NCBI GenBank assembly: GCA_951406725.2
Contig: OX597814.1
Coordinates: 163,494,001 to 163,558,000 of the forward strand
Direction: 5' to 3'
DNA from: Octopus vulgaris
Taxonomy: Eukaryota
Length of the DNA stretch: 64,000 nucleotides
How positions within the stretch are numbered: position 1 is the stretch's first letter; every line of letters starts with the position of its first letter. The translations under genes were made by a program, and so were the position numbers. Shown here one piece after another: positions 13,756 through 26,535 of the stretch. The notes below the pieces were generated by a model, which saw only the letters and a list, made by a program, of their open reading frames with translations, was not told the DNA's origin and did no database searches.

Positions 13756-13970
13756 GGCGTGTATGCTTTTATGCTTCTTGGTTTTGACATTGCATTAAAG
13801 TTATAAGCATCATACAAGCAATGTCATTCATTTCCAGTCTTCTGAGAAAGCATGTCCAGCCAAGGGGAAATATTGGCGATAGAGAGGGGTATCTAACAGC
13901 AGGAAATTTATCTCAACAGATTCTGTATGACCATGCAAGCATGGAAAAGTGGACTTTGAAATGATGATAA
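13568..13970 (+). mobile_element. tRNA-derived SINE
   Basis: TGGCTGTGTG..GATTCAGTCCC head, shared central body, (TG)n, and a LINE-like tail CATGCAAGCATGGAAAAGTGGAC. Confidence 0.75.
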
Positions 13971-16900
13971 CAATAACACACAAACACATATAACACGTAT
14001 GTACACATTAATTTCATTTTGACAAAAGGAAAGAAATTTGGTGGTAGGGAGTAAGTTGATTACATCAACTCCAGTGTTCAATTGGTACTTATTTTATCGA
14101 CCCCAAAAGGCTGAAAGGCAAAGCTGACCAAAGCAGAATTTGAACTCAGAACACAAAGACAAATGAAAGGCCCCTAAAAATTTTTCCCAGAGTGCAAATG
14201 ATTCTACCAGCCTGCTGCCTTCAATGTGTGCACTCATATGGCCAACACTCTTCTATAATTGTAAAAGGTCAGCCTCTCTTTGCCTCAAGTTGAGGCATAT
14301 CCTTGCATCTGGCAGTATATTTTTACACCTGCCTCACAGCCCAATAGTTCATCAGTGATTGGTTGTATGTAGTAATAGTAATTCATGACATGTGAAAAGC
14401 AACAAGCCATATGTAAGAGTCCACTGACTGTCATCAAATTATTATATAAACTTTCTTCATAAGCAGAAAACTAACATTGAGCTACCTACCTAACCCAACT
14501 TCCTGTCAGGTTAAAACTTTTAGGGCTGCACTTTAAATATTAATACAATAAAAGGTAAATATGGATGGAATGTAGATGTTGGAGCAGAGGCAAGCAGACG
14601 TGTGCTGTGTATGTGAGGTAAGATATCTGGGAGCCTGATTAAACAGAATTGACCTAGATGATATGCAGTTCAGTTTTGGGTCAGGAGAAAGAATAACATC
14701 TCTTTCTTAGTGAGATAATTGTAGAAGTACAGCAGTAAGACTCTATACCCGGAATTCTTCAAACTGGAGATGTTTGACAAAGTTCTATATTCTGGAAACT
14801 GGTAGTCACTAAGAAAACTAAGAGTAGGTGAATTACTTAAACAAACTATGTAGAGAAGCAATCAGAAATGTGGCAGCAATGAGATAGACCAATATATTTA
14901 GTGAGCAGGCAGGGGCTGTTAGGGCTCATTTGTCAAACTCCTCTTGTTACAGCACTCCAGGCCATAACAGAGGAGTTTAAGAACAGCTGTCTGTGAAAAT
15001 TACTATATGCTGATGACTAAGTTGATATAACTGAATCTGTTAAATACTTACAAGAAATTCCAAACCTGGAAGCAAAACCTGGAAATTAGGCCTTAAAAGG
15101 TAACTTAGTAAGTAGGAAATAAGATAGGACCCTATTAACATCAAGGAAATGCCCAAGCTCAATATACAGAAAAAGAGTAGGTAGAAATTCCATATAGTGA
15201 CTCAGTGAAAACTATGGCTGCCCTGGCAGGATCACACACAGGCTAAGATAAATTTCCCTTGGTTAAAAATCATGAACACTTTCACACATACACATGGAAA
15301 ACTTTCAATTTCCGCTTACCAAATTCACTAGCTTTGGTTGGCCTTAGATTGCAATAGAAGACACTTGCCCAAGATGCTGTACAGTGAGACAGAACCCAAA
15401 ACCAAACAGGTAATAACTGACCATTCTAACTATGCGACAAAAACTGAGGTGAGAGGGGAACTGAGGGATAAGAATGGGAACAAAGAGGCAGTGTAGAAAG
15501 AGAAGGAAACATTAGTGACATGGCTCCAAGTTTGAACATGAAATGGTGTTCCTTCTGTTTCTTTGAGTATGTGGATCTTTGATATGCAGCGATGCCATTA
15601 ACCAATAAATCATTAAAGGAGTGGCTAGTTGTGTTGAAGTAGGTGGCGACAGGTTAGACTGGCATACATAACTGTGTGCTTTGAATAATATGCACCCAAT
15701 AATACTGACATGACGACAGCTTGTTTGTTTAATGTAAAATATACCACAAAGTTCGCAGATGATGCAATATATGAAGGAGAATGTGTATCAGAAGTTTTGA
15801 AAAAGCTCAGTGACAGGTGTAAAGTTATGTATCGGCAGGTGTTGAATCGTCGGCGAGACAGTTTCTCAAAAACTGGATGCAAAACTCTACTGTCTTTCGT
15901 TTCCCTCCTGTCATCATTATTCTGAAGAAGGAATCTAACCCAAATGTGGGATACTCCACTTCCCACAGCAATTTTACTGTATTCATTCTGTCGTTTTCAT
16001 AAAACTACTGCGATGTAGGACCACAGTAAATATTTTAATTCCCCCTCAAAATATTTGTGGTTATTAAGAGCGAAGCTATTTTAAAGAAAGCTAAATAATT
16101 CCAAATAAAAGTTATATTGTATTACCTTATAGCTCAAAATACGTGAAATAGAAATTGATAAATAAATCAAATGTAAACAAACGGCATATACAAAGATTGC
16201 TATCAAATGCACCAGCAATAAGGCCTTCTTATAGTCACTCAACCAGCTAGAAATGGTAACCACATCTTTCTCAAGTCAAATCCTATCATATTAAAAAGTG
16301 AAGGATACACAATGCTTTGATTGCATTCAAAGTATGCTCAAAACTTTGTGAGTAATATTCAAGTTTTAGTTTAATAATAAAGTCACACAACAATAATAAT
16401 TTTCAAATTTTGGTACAAGGCCAGCAATTTTAGTAAGTCGATTACATCAACCCCAGCATTTGACTAATACTTTATTGACTGCTAAAAGGATGATGGGCGA
16501 AGTTGACCTCGGAATGTAAAATAACCGGAACAAAAGTCGCAAGGTATTTTCCGATGCTTCAACGATTCTGCTCGCTGGCAAGGTAAACCAAGAAATAAAA
16601 ATAGAACCAGAACAGAACTAATAATAATCATAGTAATAATAAAACTTTTAAAAAGTACACATCGACTGTATCTGGTCTAATTTTATTAATTTTTAACTCT
16701 TTCGATGATGAAATCGTATGATACACCTGTATTTATGATTGCTAAGTCTTCCATCCAGTCGTACTAAATACTTTACATTCAAGCGTGTGTGTGTGTGTGT
16801 GTGTGCACATGTTATAAATAATGCATATTATATATACATGTATTATATAAATACACACACACATTATATATATATGTGTCTGACACACATATAAACACAT

Positions 16901-17579
16901 AGACTTATTTACATGTCGTTTCTGTTTATTTCGTGATGCTATATATCTCAATATAAAAATGTCTTTTTAGAAATGGTGTTCACCCCAGGTCAAGCTGATC
17001 GGGTAGACCTATCTAAGATTACCATAATCTAATATGTCCTTCCTTGTTTTATGTTTGGATGGGGGTGGAGTGAGGGGATTTATTTCATCGCCTTTTCCAG
17101 CAGTTCGATCGTTACTCAGAGACGCCTTCGTTGGCTCGTACATACTAAAGGTAAACACCACGTACATACATTTTCGGATCTTAGTGTTTCCTATAATCGA
17201 CCTTATGGTGGAATATAATTCATTAGCGAGTTAAGAAGAGACATTTCTCCATGAACCACTGATGAATTCAATCGACTATAAGATCGATCGCACGAAATCT
17301 TCAGATCTGAATACATTCCTGTTTTTTTTTTTGTTTTTTTTTCAGGGCGGGATCAGCTGTACCTGACGAAACCCATAATCAAAAGTGTTCCAGCAACAAC
17401 CATCTTATCAATTTTCAAATATTGTGTACCTTGGTTACATTGTCCAATGTGCGCTTCTTCAATGACTACTTTGTGGTTTTAGGAAATTTGGAGTCTATTT
17501 CTAGCAGGTCTATTGACCTCGTAGTGGCTCTCCTATTGGCTTTATCTCACATATGACCAATGCACATGCACACAAACAT

Positions 17580-17626
<47 letters not shown>

Positions 17627-17893
17627 TATTTTTCACCTAGCAAGGGGCAAGTAATTCCTTCAAATTTTAAAATTGATATTGTTTACATTTATAATAGAAC
17701 TTTCCACACACACACACACATATATATATATATACATATATATATAAATAAATCCGTTCACATACATATCCGTTTCGGTCGATTTTGTGTTTTGTATAAT
17801 GTCAATATTGACCACATTTTAAACTAAAATTTGAGGCTCATTTTATGAGGGCAATTTATTATACACATAACTTTATACAAACACACACACATA

Positions 17894-17977
<84 letters not shown>

Positions 17978-18787
17978 GTGTGCGAGCGTGCGCGCAAAGG
18001 AAGAATTGTTTGTGTTTTTATAAATGGCCAACAGGAAGCAAAACCAAAAGTAAAAGAGCAACAGCTTTTAATTTTAAAATGCAGCCGACATTGACATTAT
18101 ATAAAAACAGAATCGACCTAAGCGGATATGTAGAGCTTTTGACATTTCTCAAGACAGAATATCAAAAGCTAATAAATGTAAATGGCAACAGAATACAGAA
18201 ATATATAGCCAATATCGCATCAGGAAAAATTAAAATTAATTTATAGAAAATGTTTCAGAAATTAATACTAAAATATATATACTTATATATTAATTTAATA
18301 CCTAAATATATACATATTGAAAATAGGAATAAATCTATTAGGAAACGGCACTAAAGCTACTTCATAGAGATAAAAGATTAGATATTGTGCATTGATTTCG
18401 ATGACTACATATGTATGCGTGTTTGTGCGTGTTGTTTGTGTAAATATGCATACAATAAAATAAATATAAACGAATGTCAGCTCAGAGATTCCTCATGAAG
18501 CAACAACTTGTGTTTGTAGTTATGTACAGAGGAGAATTAGTTGTCTGTTTTTTCATTGGGCTCTCGTAGAAAACATCTGTTATTAAAATAGAAACTGTAA
18601 TGCAAAATCAAATATAGTCCACACTAATAAGGGGCGCGTATGCTCTAAAAGTGCACATGAAATATTGTGAGGCGAGAAAATAACAGCACCATGTAAACAA
18701 TAGAGGAGAGGCAGTATCAAAATACATATACAGATAAAGAAACAAATGAAAATTGAAAAGTACTAACGAGGTATATATATAATTTAC

Positions 18788-19048
18788 CGTTCAGGAGATG
18801 AAAAAGATAATAATTATCGTAGTAAAATGCTGGTGATAATAATAATACCAAACGCTGATGGGATTTGCGAAGAGGGAGCTTATCAAACAGATTGTAATCA
18901 GTGGCGAAACAACACTACCCTCTGACTCTCGCTTTCCCTCTCTCTAATGACAAATCATCAATGGAGCCACGTCAGGTTATTTTTTTATTATTATCTGGAA
19001 GCCCGTATGTAGGCCAGAATCACTCCGGCTCGCGATCCTGCAGTATTT
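18788..19048. promoter_or_regulatory. Candidate bidirectional promoter / first exons of unidentified transcripts
   Basis: Locally CpG-rich and repeat-free. Contains CCACGTCA (TGACGTGG on minus) at 18967-18974, a minus-strand donor ACG|GTAAAT at 18788 and a plus-strand donor TTT|GTAAGT at 19048. Confidence 0.35.
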
Positions 19049-19484
19049 GTAAGTTATAATCGGAAATAAATTTACAAACTTTTTGCTTGACTATTCTACT
19101 TATTGCAACAGCATTTTCGATACACATGCTGATTTCATGATACTATTTTTTCTTTGTTATTTGTATTTATTATTTACTTAAGAAAAAATACTTCAGCAAA
19201 AGCAGTAAGGAAAAAAGAAAAGAAAAAACATCATTATAATGTTAATCATACTTTAGTGTCTTTTTATTAGTTTTTATTCCTGGTTTCACTAAAATATGAC
19301 ATTTTCAGCTATATTTAACTATTGTTGGTAACAGGCCAAAGACACAAACTGAAAGTGACTCAAGTACCGTCGGCTTCCTGCTTGGTTCTTAAAGTTTTAA
19401 AAGTACTATACACGAAACTCTCAGCCCTTGAGAGCTTTTTTTAATTTTCTGCCGATTAAAAATAAAGACGCATACTCACACACA

Positions 19485-19521
<37 letters not shown>

Positions 19522-19624
19522 CTATAAATAATATTTTAGTATATAAAAATGTTTGTATATGTGTGCGTATTTGTGTGTGTATCGATAAAACACTCAAGGA
19601 CATGGGAAAGCCCCCGGCTCATCA

Positions 19625-20706
19625 GGAAATCTCTACAGAGATGCTTAAATGTTCAGAGAGCTGTTACTTCTGCTGGTAACGAAGGGCCTCTCCCTCAGAG
19701 TGAAAAGCAGACTGTATGATGCCTGTGTGAAAACAGCTATGCTACATGGCAGTGAAACATGGGCTTTGACAGTAGAGGACATATGTAAGCTTGAAAGAAA
19801 TGAAACTAGCATGGTTTGCTGGATGTGCATGTACAACAGAGTGTAAGCATCTTGAGAGAAAAAAATGGGCATAAGAGGCATCAGATGTGGTGTGCAAGAG
19901 AGACGACTGCATTGGTATGGCCATGTGATGCATATGGACGTGGACAGCTGTGTAAAGAAGTGCCGATCTCTAACTGCAGAGGGAACCTGTGGTAGAGGTA
20001 GACCCTGGAAGACATGGGACAAGGTAGTGAAGCATGATCTCTGACCTTTGAGCCTCACAGTGGCAATGACTAGTAACTGAGACCTTTGGTGATAAGCCGT
20101 ATTTGAGAAGACCCTGCAAGCCAAGTGAAATCGTAATCATAACCAATACTGGTGTCATATAACTGGCACCCGTGCTGGTAGCATGTAAAAAGCACCTTTC
20201 TAGCATTGGGCCTCATGAAAACAATGACAAATGATTGAAACCTTTGGTATTATGCCATGCTTGAGAAGAAAACTCATCAAGCCAAGCAAAATTTTAGTTG
20301 TGGAAGATACTGGCATCTGTACTAGTGGCACAGAAAAAACACCTTTTGAGCATTGGACTTCATGGAGGCAATGTGACCAATGCCAGCGGCATGTAAAAAG
20401 CACCTTTTGAGCATTGAGCCTCATGGAGGTAATGAAAAATGACTGAGACTTTTGGCATTATGCCATGCTCAAGAAGAAGAGCCATCAAGCCAAGTGAAAT
20501 TGTAGTTGTGGAAGATACCAGTGTCATGCTGGTGGTACTTAAAAGCACCCATTACACTCTTGGAGTGGTTGGCATTAAGAAGGACATCCAGCCATAGAAA
20601 CCATGCCAAATCAGACCGAAGTCTGGTGTAGCCCCTCAGCTTGCCAGCCCTGGGCAAACCATTCAACCCATGCCAGCATGGACGATGGCTGTTAAATGAT
20701 GATGAT
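19625..20706 (+). mobile_element. RTE-type LINE 3' fragment with internally duplicated 3'UTR
   Basis: FRELLLLLVTKGLSLRVKSRLYDACVKTAMLHGSETW, RRLHWYGHVM and GRGRPWKTW are present. The 3'UTR has repeated blocks and a (GAT)n tail. Confidence 0.85.
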
Positions 20707-21119
20707 TTATATATATATATATAAAATCACTATTGTTATAACATCCACTTTTCCATGCTTGAATGGAACATAGATTTGTTGCAGCAGAACTTCTATGGCC
20801 AGATGCCCTTCCTGCTACCAACCTTCACCTGTTAAGGTAATATTTTTCTCATGGCTGAACATGTTTCCACGGAAGTTTGGAAACAAAGGACACCACTTGT
20901 AAGACTGTGACTTTTATTTACAACAACCTTGCCATGTTATGACACAGAGATTGCAGCACACACATATACATATATGATAGGCTTCTTTCAGTTTCCCTCT
21001 ACAAAATCCACTCACAAGGCTTTGATCAGCCAAAGGTTGAATGCAGTGGGACTGAACCCAAAATCAAGTAGGAGCAAGTTCCTCAACCACACAGCCACAC
21101 CTGCCCCTGGGATAAGAAT

Positions 21120-21188
21120 AGAATAGAGAAAATTCAGAGAGCTTTCACCTCTTTTGGCAACCAGAGGTCTCTCTTTCTCTCTCTCTCC

Positions 21189-21236
<48 letters not shown>

Positions 21237-21945
21237 AGTGAAAGGATGATGCGTGAACAGCAATTCTACCTGGCAGTGAGATGTGAGCCCTGAATGCAGA
21301 GGACATGCAAAGGCTAGAGTGGAATACTCTGCTGGATATGCAATATAAATGTACATGTGTGTCAGAGTGCTAGTGTATTCAGAGAAAAGTTAGGCATAAG
21401 ACGAATTAAATGCAGTGTGCAAGAGAGAAGACTGTGCTGGTTTGGTCTTTTGATATGCATGGATGTGGACAGCTGCTTAAGAAAGTGCCAATCACTTAAA
21501 GTAGATGGAACTAGTTGGAGAAGATACGGGATGAAGTACTGAAGATCAATCTCAGGACACTGCACCTTATGAAGGAGATGACAAAGGACCGAGATATCTA
21601 GTGCCCTGCTTTACTCAAGAAAGCCCACCCACCACAGCAGAATTGTTAATGCTCCCTTCCCAGGTGAAGAGGTTTTTGCCTTGCAAAATCTCTTGTGCCA
21701 GTTCACATAAAAAGCACCTGTGCTAGTCCATGTGAAAGGGACCTATGCCAGTCCACATAAAAGGCATGCATGATGGTGCCACATTAAAGCACCCAGCACA
21801 CTCTGTAAAGTGATTGGCATTAGGAAGAACATCCAGCTGTAGAAACCAAGAAAAATCAGAGCAGATCCTGGTACATCTCTCCAGCTTGCCAGCTCTGATG
21901 AGACCATCCAGCCCATGCCAACATGGATAATGGATGTGAAATGAA
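21120..21945 (+). mobile_element. RTE-type LINE 3' fragment with expanded (CT)n
   Basis: KFRELSPLLATRGLS and EKLGIRRIKCSVQERRLCWFG, plus the family 3'UTR. Confidence 0.75.
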
Positions 21946-21982
21946 AAGAAAGAGACACACATATATATAGAGAGAGATGAGG

Positions 21983-22256
21983 TGCAGTAGTTATGTGAGG
22001 GCATTGAGGGTGATACCAGATAAGTGAAGTGTTAATGATGGAGAGCAACACAAAGCACAGAAAGCATACTACATTTCCCTGCTTACTCAATTACCTTCTC
22101 CCTCCACTCCAAACCATTTCTATCTTTCGTTATCTTCCCCACCCCACACCACCTACTGCCTCCACTAGTCACCTCCTCTCCCCTGTGTTGTTCTCTATCA
22201 TTAATAGCTCACTTATCTGGTATCACCCTCAATACCCTCACATATCTACTGCAATC
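21983..22256. repeat. Inverted repeat, ~70-bp arms around a ~130-bp loop
   Basis: 21983-22053 is the reverse complement of ~22184-22256. Opposite-strand ORFs share SIIN(T/S)SLIWYHPQ(C/Y)PHI. Confidence 0.85.
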
Positions 22257-23729
22257 TCTGCACCCCAGCCTCTCCTACATTACTTTCTATCATTTGCCAC
22301 AGTCACCTCTATCCTACCCATTTTCTCCATCCAAACCTCTATATCACCTCACTTGTTCTCAGCACACTCAATGTCCCTTGAGAGCATGTCCTGGCACATC
22401 TTCACCACCGTTTCTCTCACTATTGCTCTCTTTGTTTTACTCTCTGATTCACCTAAGGGGTATCTATGTATCTACTCAGCAGCAAGGCACCTGTCCTTGC
22501 CCCTCTATACCTTTAATCTTTCATCACACTACACACGTTCCTTCCAAGCACTGCTGTAAACTGTGGAAGTGAGCTTGGACATTAAAACTTAGTGCACATG
22601 CACAGCAGTTCAAGGTCAATCTGTGCCAAGTGGCTTCACTCAGTGTGCTTTAGTTTCATTATTATGGCAACAGTGCAGATACTTATTGATTAGACCACAT
22701 ACATATATCAACCAAACCTCACAAGAAACTATATGTAGATGTTATAATGTTAGTAATCGGGTCACAAAAAACAGCTAAGGGTAAATGTTCCAGTGAAATG
22801 AACAGTCTTTGTGTGTTTTTAAATGGCTTAGATGTGTCTTTCACACTGCAGTTGTTTTAGTTTCACATCAGATCGTTTGTCTGCTCAAATACACCTCCAA
22901 TATATGTATATGTGTGTGTGTGTGTATTGTAGTTCAGCTGTTAAATTTAATGATGACCTGATTGCTAAAATAAACAATAAATAAACAAATTTAACAGTTA
23001 AAAAAAGGAAAGAAAGCCTAAAGTTTTCATGTTTGCAATGAGACCAGAGAATTAAGCCATTCTGTGTACTTGAAACAATGGAAGTGATAGTATTTTGTTG
23101 TGATACTCAGATCACCAGAATTAAGAGTATTCCTCTAGATTCCAAAAGCTTGAGTCCTTGTATAAATTTTCTTAATTACTTGATTAAGACGCTCACACAT
23201 ATATATATTTAGAGACAGAGATAGAGAGAGAGAGAGAAAGAGAGAGAGTGAGAAAGAGAGAAGTTTGGTAGTACAAAAGGAATAAGAAGAATTGAAATCA
23301 TGTGTACATATATTACTTTTGTATTATCTTTAATCAGCAGAAGTTACAAAATGATCCACTTTAACCCTTTTGTTAATGTATTTATTTTGAGATGCTCTGC
23401 GTTTCTTTCAATTACTTTAAATATAACAAAGAATTTACATATGCATACATACATAGAGGCATGCATGTATGTATGTATGTATGTATGTAGATATGTATGT
23501 ATGTATGCATGTATATATGTATGTATGCATACATGTATGTGTGCCCATATAAAAGTGTATATGAGCATATACATATATATATATCATCATCATCATCATC
23601 CTCATTTAACGTCCGCTTTCCATGCTAGCATGGGTTGGACGGTTCAACTGGAGTCTGGGGAGCCCGAAGGCTGCACCATATATATATATATTTCAATATG
23701 TGACCGCAAGTGTACTGTTGGCAAAACTG

Positions 23730-23944
23730 GAGTCAGCAAGAAGGAGTACGGTTGAACATTTATTTTTTAATCACTACAATTGTTTCCAAGCAACATAGTT
23801 GTGCCTGAGGAAACACAACTAGATCTCATAATGCAGGGAAACAATTGCATAATAAAGTACTTGCACACCTGAGAACTACATACCATGGAAACAATTGTAG
23901 CGTTTAAAAAATAAATGTCCAACCATACTCCTTCTTGTTGACTC
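23730..23944. repeat. Inverted repeat, 59-bp arms
   Basis: 23730-23788 (GAGTCAGCAAGAAGGAGTACGG...CAATTGTTTCCA) matches the reverse complement of 23886-23944 with about 5 mismatches. Confidence 0.9.
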
Positions 23945-24174
23945 TAAACTTTTTAATTATCTATTCACACATGACAGATGCCCAAACACAAACCTGGAAT
24001 TACATATAATACTGCTACTGGATAGCACAGGGTAAATTGGAAGGTGGATGAGCTTTATAGTGTACTCTACTATGTTCCTAACAGAATATACCATAAATTC
24101 AATATGTGACTGCATGTGTACTGTTGGCAATTTTCTTTCTCCGTCTTCCCTTCCTTGGACCTTTCTTTTTTCTA

Positions 24175-24212
24175 TGTTTCTGACGAAGAGCTCTGCTCGA
24201 AACGTTAAATCC
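24175..24212 (+). ncRNA. Putative minimal type I hammerhead ribozyme motif (Penelope-like element type)
   Basis: Sequence reads CTGACGA (24180-24186), an extra A, stem II GAGC-TCT-GCTC, GAAA (24199-24202) and palindromic AACGTT. Helix I (GTTT/AAAT) is weak. Confidence 0.5.
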
Positions 24213-24371
24213 TCCTTCTTTCTTTCCTTTCCTGGGCGTCCAATAACACTATACTTGTCCCACGTTCTTGCGTTTTCTCATTGTTCATGTTTGGATTAAC
24301 TATATATATATATGCATGTGTGTATATGTAACTATATATATATATATATATATATATACACCCATATATAC

Positions 24372-24418
<47 letters not shown>

Positions 24419-24907
24419 AGTATGTGTTTGTAACTGTTTGTTCATAAAAATATTATTTATGTAGTAGATGGATGGATGGATTGATTGATGGGTGGGTGGG
24501 TAGGTAGATGTGAGTGAAGTCATGAGGTTTAGTGGTTAGAGGGTTGCATTCACAATCACAAGATAGTGATTTCAATTCCCAGAAAGGGCAGTGCATTGTG
24601 TTCTTGAGCAGGACACTTTATTTTATGTTGCTCTACAGTCACTTCGCCATCTGACATGTGACACACTGTGCACCTGTACAGGCAATATCGATGTGATGGA
24701 AGGAACAAGCTAATGTACAGCACAGATATTTGATCGCGATTAACAAATCACCTGTGTAGATTGTTCAGTAAGAAATTGTGGAGCATTCATCAGTCAATTA
24801 TGACAGAAGGGTCTACCATATGTCTATGTATCATAATGTAAGAATTATTTATGTATATTATGAATATATTCTACATAGTGCAAGCATGGATCTAATATAT
24901 AAATCAA

Positions 24908-25420
24908 CTAGCAGTATCGCCCGGCGTTGCTCGGGTTTGTAAGGGAAATAACTATATAAGCATTTTTAGAGAGTTACTTCCCTTATAGATGCCAATTCGG
25001 GCTTTCTTAGCCATTTCTGTTTTGGTGTCTTCAAGCCATGAAGTCGTTGTTCTAAAAGAACGCTGGTCTCCTTGACAACGCTTTACGACGTTGATTTCCT
25101 TACACTCCCTTCCCCACAGCTTCACGAGGGAGGGAAGAAGGGGGAGAAGCAAACAGGTGCAGGTGTGACCATGGACGCCAACTCCGCCGCCATCGACACA
25201 CGAAAAATTATGCATTAAAATGGAATAAAAAATGATGTTAAATTATTTTTAAAATCGTAGACTCATCGTAGACGTGCGCTAATACTCAGACGGGCTCGAT
25301 ATGAATCACGACTATAAGATACCCGAATTTGGTTAAACTGCACCGCAAAATGTGGGAGTAGTTAGGAATCTAAATCGAAGGGGACAGACACTCACACAAC
25401 TACAGTTTTATATATATAGA
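24908..25420 (-). mobile_element. Intact non-autonomous Helitron, 513 bp
   Basis: On the minus strand it starts TCTATATATATAAAA and ends CCCGAGCAACGCCGGG (hairpin) CGATACTG CTAG. It is inserted between A and T with no TSD, and is CpG-rich relative to the flanks. Confidence 0.85.
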
Positions 25421-25483
25421 TATGTTGGGTAGAACAAATAGATATGTTTGTTATATCAAAACTGACTATCAATACTTTACATA

Positions 25484-25535
<52 letters not shown>

Positions 25536-25669
25536 AATTAGAGATAAAACCACTATTAGGCAAATCAAACAATGAAAAACATAAGCCAATACATAAAATT
25601 AATTAATTTATATTATTTTAAATATATATCAAAAGTATTAAAAGTTTAATAAAAGATAATCTGGGTGAG

Positions 25670-26270
25670 TCAAGTCTGGGGAACATGAAGTTCAATTGAC
25701 ATTGCCATAGTAGGAGATTATTCTCTCTCTAAAGCACTGCCATAGCAACTGTATTGTTTCTCTTGTGGTATGAGCAGTTGCCCCATCTTGCTAGAACCAA
25801 GTGTGAGGTCTACTTTGAATGGCCTTCACAAATACAGTTGCTATGGCAGTGCTTTAGAGAGAGAATAATCTCCCACTATGGCAATGTCAATTGAACTTCA
25901 TGTTCCCCAGACGTGACTCGCCCAGATTTTCTCTTGTGGGAATACTTGAGAGAGAGGGCTTACATCAACAAACTGGATACCCTGATGCAACTGAAGGAGA
26001 ACATCAATAGAGAAATTAGAGAAGCGGGGTCCGAAACTCTTGAGGGTGTTATGGTGCATGTTTCGGAAAGAGCACAGGCGTGTGAAGCCGAAAATGGCTG
26101 CCATTTAAGTGATTTTTTTTGCATGTGATGTAGTGGTGTTGCAAAATTTGACATGTGCATATCAATTTCCATTATGCCCTTTATATTGTATCAAAATTTC
26201 ATGCATTTATTTACAAAGTTAAGGAAGTTATTAAAAATTGAAACCCATCAGTGACTTTTGGGACACCTAG
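25670..26270 (+). mobile_element. Tc1/mariner-superfamily transposon 3' part with an inverted/duplicated 5' segment
   Basis: SPDVTRPDFLLWEYLRERAY...LKENINREI matches the SPDL.P.DFFLWG motif. The inverted piece encodes TWF.QDGATAHT. A right TIR-like TTTTGGGACACC lies at ~26256. Confidence 0.75.
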
Positions 26271-26504
26271 TATATAGACACACTGATACACACATGCATA
26301 TATACATACATACATTCCAATGATAATGTGCCTGTTTGCTTGTGTACACTCATGCTAATGTGTGTGTGTGCGTGCACGCGCTTGTGTGTGTTTTCATGCC
26401 AATGTGTGTTTGAACGCATGCATTTATACTTACACACACACACACACATACATACACACATACACACACACATGCATACATACATACATACATACATACA
26501 TACA

Positions 26505-26535
<31 letters not shown>

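Noticed and set aside
22029-22559. 176-aa ORF, the longest in the track
   Set aside because: Pyrimidine-rich repeat/LINE 5'-like sequence overlapping an inverted duplication, with no recognisable domain or splice structure.
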